Source: Barthelona sp. PCE
Taxonomy: Eukaryota
Length of the DNA stretch: 64,000 nt
Direction of reading: 5' to 3'
NCBI GenBank assembly: GCA_040285745.1
Contig: JAUFOR010000001.1
Span: forward strand, 682,001 to 746,000
The position numbers and the translations under genes are program-made. Within the stretch, counting starts at the first letter, position 1, and each line of letters starts with the position of its first letter. Below the pieces are notes generated by a model that was not told the DNA's origin, made no database searches, and saw only the letters and a list, made by a program, of their open reading frames with translations. Of the stretch, positions 30,901 through 40,800 are shown piece after piece.

Positions 30901-31067
30901 TTGAATTTGGACAGATACGTTGAATTTAGTTGCCGTTCGTCCAAATTTGAAGGAAAATCGCAATGGTCATGAGCACTCAAAGGTGGTTGCGACGTAACGT
31001 AGAAGCGGTACGACGGTGTGTACGCGCAAACAGTGGCTAACGCAATCAATAAAACCCACAAATGCAT
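27921..31067 (-). CDS. Cas1p/CASD1/RWA-family multi-pass O-acetyltransferase with N-terminal lumenal SGNH-like domain (not CRISPR Cas1)
   Basis: LNRYQTGEWKG, YVWMTGFGHF, YMLYYVCPLHTF, HEWWFRANLDHW, LGKITLETYLLQIHI; signal peptide; many TM helices. Confidence 0.92.
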   Translation of the reverse strand: MHLWVLLIALATVCAYTPSYRFYVTSQPPLSAHDHCDFPSNLDERQLNSTYLSKFKIPKHVSCGFFRFAIPIPGTLPDELSVTSMFNGPQKSDVIDATNCFVRVEGGNYQISCHFSLAGEYVLRLRIGQSFCHSNLRFDGAMDPIEQHPFLRNLTMDDEHQKWYDVFHQQQKHEVFTFVVRVKSEGCISFNELARKKRCDHLYMDESVLSYTKTEKVAFFYDGKNDCIHNPDIKANFSSIHLAGDFVSSIVEAAGKKSEIGGETVWKPLFKRPHLPRLGKDIKQVFISYGALDAAIRNHPDDSLYHLPFIVESIVMGVDPSVQIFFVGDSFLPFTDHCMAPFTQMYWAPLFTRRLVFDWRSAYPNVHFLDFHVAIPHVKSVYMGASMELLKLLSTSSLFEAFEEAEDLRFAEYSKNTASVSKEYISIPHSGDTEPTEPTQPTEPTEPTEPTEPTEPTEPTEPTEPTKPKPDHAPPAVEVHTPHHAYKPLPLTEFADVEPIESNKYEHGILDWHSGLALIMFSLSVGLLILGSDRVVPPKMRKKVEIELAPTPSPAPLDESESDIEQIGEEPEATSDVEVARLHPSHHTPKAETKKRVSSTPSFSFLRLDLRTRLLITGAMLVSVLWIVTDYMRFIPISPRVISIDAFCAVYVLLFVFAFLRPKKIELPPNRLLLNRYQTGEWKGFLQQGFILYHYFATGQYTYNMIRLFISCYVWMTGFGHFSYFWVRKDLSMTRFLKNMVRLNLFVAVLCLTLGKHYMLYYVCPLHTFWTVVPHVWFMIWRNGERKLRGFVIKFFILCVFVVLMFDIPTLLGVQQGDVPLFFKVFFMPFGFILNFPHYHTQDPSLHEWWFRANLDHWAPVFGMLCAYLHPLWSRAVYRIQRARGRRVIEATLFAVSLTVLVGWFFVFGVQPKWSYNKHHPYSSILIIVAYIIFRNSLKIMRQYYLPLFDWLGKITLETYLLQIHILLALDAKGWLILIPNSLFLNFVLFLSVWLFGSWIWNKVTTELCAKLFTKDGKVPIPSKLAITNFFKLFSVLLCLTLLSFIIF
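29671..29769. repeat. Coding 9-bp tandem repeat (11 units) encoding an (E/Q)PT linker in the Cas1p-like protein
   Basis: gttggttct/gttggctct units; protein EPTEPTQPTEPT... Confidence 0.95.
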
Positions 31068-31517
31068 CACAATACGAGGAAAAGGGGAATGTTCCCAAAA
31101 ACGCTTTTTTGAAGAATATTGATCGATTTTCGAGATAAACGTGTAGGGATCGTTGCCTAAACAGAATGAACTGCTGAACTGAAAAATACTAACACATTTC
31201 CATTTGACCTTCTTCTATGAGGTGTGCGTTACGTCATAAGTCTATTTCATATCACAGTCTGTGAAAATTTAATACAATCATAGGTTGCAAAAAAACCTGA
31301 GTTAATGAAAAACCAAATTATGATCAATTTTCCACAAAATCACTACGAAACATGCATCGGTGCTTTGATAAGCATCAAATTGATATAAATAACCGAAATT
31401 AAAAAGCTTTACTTACTTTACCATCTCTTAATAAACCTCATAACGAACAAGAACAGTCAACATTGAGGTGAACAATCATACTTATTCTGTGAAACAATGA
31501 AGTTTTCCTCTTACTAC

Positions 31518-34500
31518 TTATTCAGCTTCCCTTTCAATATTCATGGCTTTCTCAATATCCTCAATTGTTAGTGCTGCAACTGCATCTGCTTCATGGTATA
31601 GAAACCAGTCAAATCGCAATTGGGTGCTAAGCAATTTTTGTTTGCATGTATGTGCAGTCTTTAACACCGAAAATCCACGCTCAACACATGCGTTGCTTGC
31701 AGGAACCGTCTTGTACTTGTTGACAATCTCTTGAATCACACTCAAACCAACCACATCTTCATGTTGGCAACCATAAATCAGCGCTGAGCGAATATCCCTC
31801 TCACGCAAACTCTGATCATCAAAATTAAACCTAAATGATGATGATCTGGCGGCTGAAACAGGCGGTTCTCTTACAAAAGGTGGTGGGTAATTTTCTCTAT
31901 CGATAGGGGTTAGTATTTCAATCTCAATCACTTCATTTAGAGATCTTACAGGGGGTCTAGTAACAGGATTATCATTCAACACATCTCGCAAATTTTGACG
32001 TTCTTCATTGCAGGAAGAAAAATCAGCCGAAAAATTGGTACAAAGAAGTGAAATAATGTGAGCAACTAAACCTTTGTAGTACTTAGGATGCATAAACTGA
32101 TAACTTAATTCTCTTTCTCTAGGTACTCTATTAGCAACAAGTGCAAGTGAATGATCATTAACACAATACGGTTTAAATTTTGTTTGCAGAAACGAATATA
32201 TCATCACACCTTTCAAACGTACAAACACATCCTCTTTCATTATGTCAGGTAGTAACTCGCTTATATAGCTAAAGGCTTGACATAAGTCTCTCAATTCCTC
32301 ACTTAAAGTACCCTTCTTGGGAGGTTTTCTGCTTTGTTCTTCAGGGTAGACAATATCTTTCATCTTCACGTGCTCATGTCCGCAGAGGAGATATGCTACC
32401 AAGGGTTCAGGCATTACAAAAAACTTACACAAGTAATGCCTATTGTACTCAAATAGACCTTTAAAGTATGCTATTTTCAATTCATTCTTCGTATAAAAAG
32501 CTTCGGAAATATATCTAAGAAGGCGAAACAACAACATTGCAATCTGATGATAAGCATGTAAAGCAGAAGTGGAATTATCGCTGCAAAGCTTTTGAATGTG
32601 CATGAGTTGTCTTAAAACGAATAAGTAAGCTCTGCTTAAGCTCCACATATCAGTTCCCAGAGAAAACGCATGCGGTTGATTGTTTTCGTTATTCAAGGCT
32701 TCATAGAAAGGACCCAAAAAATGTCGATAGTGAGTTGAGGCATCGTATTGGTTATTCGTTGATTTCAAAATACGTTTAATCGGCAACTCAAACTCAAAAT
32801 CTTGAAAATATTCACTTTTTAAAAAAGCCTCAGTGATTTCCAAATGCGACATGTTAACTACTACATTATCTGAATTCATCGCTATTTTTAAGCCAGGCAT
32901 GGCTGTTAAGGGGATGTCAACATATAGTCCACTACACAACACTTCATATATTGTTTCCAAAGAGCTCCAACGAACTTGCTTAAGAACACAGCTTTTACCT
33001 GTATACGTACACCACAATGAATGGTATTTAAAGAAAACACTCATGATCTCAACTGCAATAACAGACTGAATGCTGGCGAACTTTTGCACACATTTTTTCT
33101 GCTCATTAATAAAATCTGAGTACTCATACAACGGCATCAAATCCAGATGACGAGTGAATTCATTATAGAAGGGTATCTCCTGTTGAACAGTGGGACGCTC
33201 ACGTTGACTTCCTCCTCTTGACTCAAAATTCGCTTTGTTGTTAAGATAAATATCAATATTCATCAAATAATTCGGTTTGTTTTTACCCTCTAAAAACTCT
33301 ATGCACTGCGTCTCATAATATGAAACGTACGCGAAGATAAAGAGAAGTGCTTCATCACTAAACCCAGAGTTATCATGATTACAAACGGATTCAATAGTTT
33401 CATTATCAATATCCTCTATTGTGTTGACAGAACCGGTGAAAATCATGTTAGTCTTCTCAAGATCCACGACTGATGAAAGTCTAACAGCAGGAGAACGTGT
33501 TGGTGAACGGTTAGTGAACAGTGTTTTTGACTCAAGTTTCTTGCGAAGCTTCTTGAAGTAAGCATTACTTGTAATATTATTGAAAATATCAACATTTATC
33601 TCAGTATCTAATCTACTAAGCAAATTTGTATTCTCTAATACACCATAACATAAACCTTCATTTTCAAAGACTTCAAATCCAACGGTCTTGCTCATTAGCT
33701 TGTTGAGCACATGGCAGGCACATGGCATACGTGATATTGACGTACATGCATCAACAATTTTCTGACATGCTGTCTGTTCAGGCGTACCGTTATCTGTACC
33801 AATAACGATGTTGATGTTGGAGTCTCCCATGTTAACAATACATTCGTGTAAACCCCAACCATCCGAAGATTCCTTCTCAATGATGGAAAATTCTTCAATT
33901 ACTCCTTTTCGCTTAAAAGCTGATAATATATGATATGCAACGTCTTGAGACCGTTTTCCATACTTGTTCATAATTGAAGGCATTGTGAGGTTACGGTATC
34001 CTTCATCTAATGCACCAGAGTAAATTGTTAGGTCGTTAAGATCTTTGTACTCCACATCAAAAATGTCAAAGACCACAAACTTTCCTCTTAAACTAATAAT
34101 GTAGTCATTCATTGTTTTAGTAGAGCGTGTGTCATTAAAGAACATTTTGGTATCTCCGTTATAAATAGGATCATCAATATAATCAATAACTAATTGCTCT
34201 GGGACTTTCATTACAATGAGAGCAGCGCTGTAACTGTCACTGGAAACGTCATATTCAAAGCTACAACAGGCACCACCCTGTAGCTCTGCTTGTTTTTTAA
34301 GAGAATGTACTAATGTCTTCAAAACGAATGAATGTACCATAGACGCGTTGTGTCTCAGAAAGGTCTTGAAAGATGAAGCCCATATCTGCCCATATCGCGA
34401 GCTAATAATATTCAAACTTTTATCTTTCAAACGAAGACCATGGTAAGCAAATATATCACTGTTATCGATATTCATTGGAAAATGCACCCTTATATTTCGA

Positions 34501-35171
34501 ATATTTCTATGGTCAATTCCAAAATATCCTGGATAAAGTGAATTACAAAAAACATTAGGATCTATACATTCCCAGTATCTATGATCATCGTTCCACTCAA
34601 ACAATTGTTCGTTCATCATTCCACTAAACTGTTTGCTGGTGATAAAATCTCTATCACCGGCTTTTGTTTGCAAGCCTTTTAAACATTTTCTTATAGTGGA
34701 GTAATCAAATCCATTTATGTTCAGTTTCTCTCGAATTTCTTGCTTAGAAATGAATGACTCTTGTATCAACTTGTGATTAAGAGCAGTGGCTAATATTTTT
34801 CCCTGAACATCTAATGGTAAATGATCAGTGAAGGGTTTTCCCGTGAAAATGAAAAGTCCAACCATATGGGCTTGATTCTTGGTCAGTGATTTGCCTATTT
34901 CCATCTTAACCCGACTTTTGCCCTTAGCATGGGAGTTGAATAACTCACATGAGGATGAATGTGCAAAAACTCCAAATTTTTCGGAAGTGAAGCTTTTCCT
35001 GCTTGCAAAACAGCAGTCGTTGATGATGAAACGCTCAGTTGCATCTGTTCCATCTCTTGTTCTGTACTGGATAGTGAAATACAAAGAGTTTTTATAATCT
35101 CTAGGTCTGCTTTCAACATTAATAATAGATTCCCTCTGTATACATATATGACTATGTTTAGCACTGATCAT
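31518..35171 (-). mobile_element. hAT-superfamily transposase ORF (1217 aa, intact); element ends not identified
   Basis: FEYDVSSD (putative D1), IGTDNG (D2), CACH (CxxH), VRWSS (RW), VPASNACVERGFS (hATC block with catalytic E). Confidence 0.85.
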
Positions 35172-35374
35172 GAAAAAAGTAAAAAAACATTAACCATCTA
35201 AATGAAAAAAGTCCAACACTCATGAACTTGTGAACGGCTCTGTATCTACTATCATTAGTAAAGATTGCGCAACGCACTATTTGCGAGTTCCGCTGCCGTA
35301 CTTTTAAACATTGGTTGGGTTAAAGTCTATGTTTTCAAGTTTTCACTTTATTCTAGTACTATTAAACTAGTTCG

Positions 35375-36780
35375 ATGAGAGAAATCATTTCTATTCATAT
35401 TGGGCAAGCTGGTGTTTTATGTTTTAAATGATAGGGATTTCTTAAAAGAGTTTTATTAGAAATTTTCTTTGGCATTGTTTTATTGGATGTACTCATATTT
35501 AGCAAACAGGATCTGCGTGCTGGGAGCTATTTTGTCTCGAACATAGTATCCAATATGATGGTATGATGTCACTATCAAGTCGAAAAACGGAAAACGCTTC
35601 TTTAATCAGTATATTCTCTGACAATGCTGTACGAAAGCGGGTACCCCGTGCCATCTTTGTGGATCTTGAGCCAAGCATTATCGATGAAATTAGAACTGGT
35701 CCTTATCGTCAGCTCTACCATCCAGAACAACTTATTTCCAATAGTGCTGGTTCATCCAATACGTTTACACGTGGTCGCGAAGCGGGAGATGAGCTTATAG
35801 ATGTTTGTTTGGATCGAATTCGCAGATTAGCAGATCATTGTTTCAATATTCAAGGATTTATCATATACAATGCTGTTGGCGGTGGCACTGGGTCGGGGTT
35901 CGGTGCGTTGCTCCTGCAGCACATATCTGATCTTTACGGAAAAAAGTGCAAGATGGCTATACCCGTATTTCCATCATCTAGCACGTGCTCCTCAGTTGTT
36001 CAACCGTATAATTCAGTATTGTCCACAGCAGCCCTCCGAGAACATACCGATACAGCTATTTTGATGGACAATGCAGCCATCTTTAACATGTGCCGTGGTA
36101 AACTCAGCATTGAGAGACCCAAATATAGAGACATGAACAAATTAATCAGTCAGGTTGTGTCTTCTCTCACCGCTTCAATTCGTTTCGGTGATGTCTTTAA
36201 CAAGAATATGACAGAGATACAAACGAATTTAGTTCCTATTTACAATATGCAGTTTATGATTTCATCATACTCTCCCATAATATCTCCCGAGAAGGTATAC
36301 CACAACCATCTTTCTGTTGCTGATATTACCAATTCTGCTTTCGAGTTGGAAAACATGATGGTAAAATGTGATCCCCGTCGAGGCCGATACTTATCTAGTT
36401 GCCTTATGTATCGTGGTGATGTTGTTGGGCATGAAGTCAATGAATGCGTTCCTTCTCTTAAGAAAAGACCCTCAATTCAGTTCGTTGACTGGGTACCTAG
36501 TGTTATTAAACGTGGAATTAACTTCAAAGCACCTATCCATAGTGAACTCAACAGAGTCCAACGTGCTGTATGTATGATATCCAACTCCACCGCAATCCAT
36601 GAGGTGTTCTCTCGTATACATAACAGGTTTGACCATATGTATAACAAGCGTGCTTTCTTGCACTGGTACGTAGGTATGGAAGAGAAAGAGTTCACCGAGG
36701 CTCGTGAAGATCTTGGAATGCTTGAAAGTGATTACAAAGAAGTTTGCAAAGAATCTGTTGATTGTGAGTATGATGACTGA
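35375..36780 (+). CDS. Divergent alpha-tubulin paralogue; exons 35375-35416 and 35503-36780
   Basis: MREIISIHIGQAGV|QTGSACWELFCLEH, VPRAIFVDLEP, GGGTGSG, QTNLVP, MVKCDPR, QFVDW, RAFLHWYVG. Confidence 0.9.
35417..35502 (+). other. Intron (about 86 nt) in alpha-tubulin paralogue; best-fitting donor is non-canonical TTATGT
   Basis: Interrupts the conserved GQAGV-Q.G motif and contains an in-frame TGA; ends ACTCATATTTAG; donor position uncertain (35417 TT versus 35414 GT). Confidence 0.75.
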
Positions 36781-36858
36781 CTGCAATAAAGAATCTTTAA
36801 GAAATTACTAACTTTGGAAAACCTCACATTTCTTTTTATTCTTTCTATCAATACCGAC

Positions 36859-37044
36859 ATGCCTAACAGTTCTACAACGACAACGAGGGCAGACCGTGCC
36901 AAAGCTGCCATATTTAAAGCTGGTCGCACCGTCAAACATGGATGCGTAAAGGGATACAACGCTGTCAAATCTAAAATCAAGGGTGAACAACCATCATACA
37001 CATATTCAAATGAAAACACGCCGTCAAATACAACTGCTGGCTAA
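36859..37044 (+). CDS. Small basic hypothetical protein (61 aa)
   Basis: ATG 36859 after a T-rich leader; stop overlaps the stop of the convergent neighbour, as at 44183-44186. Confidence 0.45.
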   Translation: MPNSSTTTTRADRAKAAIFKAGRTVKHGCVKGYNAVKSKIKGEQPSYTYSNENTPSNTTAG

Positions 37045-37826
37045 TCAGCCAACATCAGTGCAATTCTTTCATGAAAAATTGAGGGTCCCGGCCACTGCAA
37101 TAAAGATCTCTTCTCTTCTTCCGTCACCACTACCTCCCATGCGTTTGCGAGGTGAAGCATAGAGTATACCACCTTTAAAGGTCGCTTACTCGACAAACAT
37201 TTGTGTATGATATCTGCAACAACAATCTTTGTGAATATTACTTCAAATTCCGGTAATTCACAAACATGAGTGAAGAATGCACATGCGTTGACGGCTATCT
37301 TGATCGTTTTAGATTCAAGACATTTAATACAAAGATCCTTCAACACTGGTTCATCATCTTGGAAGAACACGTATGAATTTGGATGCAAAGTAAGGATACG
37401 CAGTAAAGATACAGTGTTTTGTGACTTTTGATTGAAGAAATGCTTGAAAAGATACTCAAGCAGGTAGTCTGCTGGTAATATCACAAAGCAGCTATTCGCC
37501 AAACACCATAAAGATGATGGAATAAGCCGGGCATCCATCCCCCTAGCCTTTAGTCTTCGGAAAATAGTGTGCTGAATATCTGTTATGACAACCTCACTTT
37601 CAAACGCTTGCGTCTCAAATAATCGCCCCAAAAAGCGGATACTTCGTGTAGCTCCTCCGATTTCATCTCCCTCATACATCGACAAAAGCACTGAAAGTAC
37701 TTGAAGTACGCTATTTTCAGTAAGCTCTACATAGAACTCCTCAGGTTGAGCGATAAGTGTGTCCAAGTTTGCGTTAAGCACATTTGTGCCCAGATCCCCA
37801 TTCAATAATTGACATAAATCACTCAT
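37041..37826 (-). CDS. Hypothetical alpha-helical (ARM/HEAT-like) protein
   Basis: 261-aa Leu-rich helical ORF (e.g. SSLWCLAN); likely start MSDLCQ. Confidence 0.65.
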   Translation of the reverse strand: MSDLCQLLNGDLGTNVLNANLDTLIAQPEEFYVELTENSVLQVLSVLLSMYEGDEIGGATRSIRFLGRLFETQAFESEVVITDIQHTIFRRLKARGMDARLIPSSLWCLANSCFVILPADYLLEYLFKHFFNQKSQNTVSLLRILTLHPNSYVFFQDDEPVLKDLCIKCLESKTIKIAVNACAFFTHVCELPEFEVIFTKIVVADIIHKCLSSKRPLKVVYSMLHLANAWEVVVTEEEKRSLLQWPGPSIFHERIALMLAD

Positions 37827-37857
37827 GTAATGAAATAGTGACAAAATGATATAACGT

Positions 37858-40800
37858 TTACTCTTCATGTTTAGCCGATATCTCAGTTGATATCACATCG
37901 CTACCGTACGCTATCTCCAACATTTCATCAAAATCACGACTTCCACGTTTGGAAACAAACTCCCACAGAGTGCTGAAATGCTGATGGTGAATATCGCTTT
38001 CGACAAGATACTCAATATGTGTAGCAAGGTGCTTCACAACAGCGTTGTTATTCAACAAATCAATCTGCTTTAACTCTGATCTGAACAGTTTCGTCAGATC
38101 CTTTCGGGACAACTCATCTTTCTCAAGAATCTCTTGAATATAATCTGGTAATGCCTTCTTCTTCATGATACGCTTGCGGTCCGAGATGTTGCGCTCCATG
38201 ACGGCAATCTTCTGATCATAAGTTAAAATACCATCATCCTCGATCTCACTATCGCTCTCAACGCTTTCCATTTCATCACCCCCATAATCTGTTTCAAAGA
38301 GAATCATAGCGAGCCCATTCTTATACTCCAGGCGATATATATCTCTCATAATATAGACAGCACGTCTGCCAATCTGAGGTGATGCTATATCATCAGGGAA
38401 AGAGTATTCTGGATCCTTCAAAATGTTGGCCCACATTGAGTACCCGTGCTTGATGATACCAGCCATGATGTACTCGTCATGTTCTGGGGTCCAATCAGTG
38501 CTTGCACTGTACTTAGGAAACTCTTTAGGAAGCTCAACTACACCATCAGAAACATAGTGTGAAAGACTATTGTAATAATAAAAGCGACGAATGATATCAG
38601 CTGCCTGAAAGTCCTTAACCAGCTGTTTATGGTTGTGTTTCGCCATCTTAACACCTTCTTTGAAAAGGAACTCTGAATCTTCAAGTTTTGATTCACAATA
38701 TGTGAGGAATTTGCTCAAAAACTGTGTAATAGCTGCTGTATCAAAGAACTTAGCGTTGTTTGCAATATCTTGTATCCGGTCGAATGAAGGGAAGAAGCGG
38801 AATGCTCGAAGAATGCTGTCATAGTTGACGCTTCTCTTTCGACGATGTTGAACGGGAACAACATAATTCAGGCCATCTACGGTAAGCTCGTCCTGAATGT
38901 GCTCAACCTTGAACTCATCAGGGACATACTTATCGTAGAAATCTTTATCCTCAAGGTTGACATCTACAACACTGAATGAGTTGAAGAGATCAGCCTTAGC
39001 GCTGTTGTCCTCATCGTTAGTTTCCTCTGTTGCTGTCGCCAGGATATGATCCACGTCGATTGCGTCGCTGTCATCTTTCTCGAATAGGTTAACCGTACCA
39101 AGCTTCATGACATCACGGATTTCGTTGGTTGTAAACATATCCTCCTTAGTTTGCATGACAAGATGCTCCAGAACCAATTTCGACTTTGCACGCATGAGAA
39201 CCTGCTCTTCAACAGTGTCTTTTGATACCAATCTGAACACACTGACCTGTTTCTTCTGTCCAATACGATGGGCCCTTGAAAGAGCCTGGATATCGTTCTG
39301 GGGGTTCCAATCAGAGTCATAAATAATGACTGTATCAGCAGTGTGTAGATTGATTCCCACACCCCCAGCCTTTGTCGTGATCAAGAAGATAAAATCCGTT
39401 GAATTGGGGGCGTTGAACGCATCAATGGCGTCCTGTCTTGCACGACCTTTGACTCCACCTGTGATTGTCTGATAGGCGTAGTTCTTGTATCTGCAAAACA
39501 CCTGCAACAGATGAATCATTCTAATCATCTGGGAAAAAAGTAAAACACGGCGTCCTTCTGCTTTAAGACGGTTAAGAAGATCATCTAACAGCTTCAGCTT
39601 ACCGGAATGGCGTAAAAGAACTTGAAAATCTGTTTCAGCACCTAAATCTTCTGTATGGTTGTTTATCAAAAATGAATGATTGCAAATCGACTTGAGACGT
39701 GCCATAATACTAACCAAAGAAGGGCGCTTCGTCGTTACCTTTGACAGTTCCCCATAATTTTGATAAACAACACTGAGATATATACGCTTTTGTTCCATTG
39801 TAAGTGGGACACTTAAAATCTTTTCGTTTTTAGTCGGCAAAGACTTCTCAACCTGCTTCTTACGGCGCTGAAGGATGTATGTTTTTAATTCATTTTTCAA
39901 ATTCTGGACAACCTCGATATTAGCGCTCTTGAAGTCGTCTATGGGGAATTTTTTGTAGAACCTGTTAAAATTATAACGTTGGTGATCGTATTTGACGATG
40001 TATAGAAGGTTATACAGCTCCTCTAGGTTGTTCTGAAGTGGAGTACCAGTCAACAAAAGTACATTCAAATAAGAGCCTCGGAAATCCTTCATAATGTTAA
40101 ACAGTTGCGAGTCTTTCGACTTGAGAACGTGCGCTTCATCGATGATAATGTGATGATACTTCCAGCGCGGGGGGAAGAGATCCTTGTGGTCTTTCTTAAA
40201 GTACTCATATGTCGTGAGCATAATCTCAAACGATGGGTGATTATAATTCTGCTTGTTCTTATACACTTCGTACTGACGGATGAGCTCCCTCTTCTGTCCC
40301 TGATAAACAACAATGTCAAAGTCACGGCCCCAGCGCTCCAGCTCCTCTTTCCAGTTCAGTAGAGTGACAAGTGGCACTATAATAATGTGGGGACCACGAA
40401 CGTTACATGCGTCCTTTAAGATCTGTAAGTACATTGTCGTTTGTATCGTTTTACCCAGACCAGGTTCGTCTGCGAGGATAACGTTCCTGTTTTGCATGTG
40501 AGACCTCAACAAAAAGTCAACACCAACTTGCTGATAATCACGGAGTAATAGATTACGATCTTTGAGATGAGGATACGTCTGCTGACAGATGGAATGCTGG
40601 CTGAGAATGATCTCACGGATATCCTTTGCAACACGCAACGCCTTGGGTGGGTTATTGATACGACTATAGTACTTATTATACTCCTTCACAAAGTTGATGG
40701 CAGGAATATTCTCAACCTCAAATGTGGCATGTGAATAATCCAGTCCACGCCATAGAATAACAACTGTGCCACTCACTGGGTCATGACTTAGCACTCTTTC

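Noticed and set aside
27921-31067. Cas1 name and nearby tandem repeat as a CRISPR system
   Set aside because: The protein is Cas1p (capsule synthesis) acetyltransferase; the repeat is a spacer-less 9-bp coding repeat
31238-35330. AAGTCTAT on both sides of the transposase (31238-31245, 35323-35330) as an 8-bp TSD
   Set aside because: The sequences inside these copies are not inverted repeats, and a shared AT-rich 8-mer is expected by chance in flanks this long
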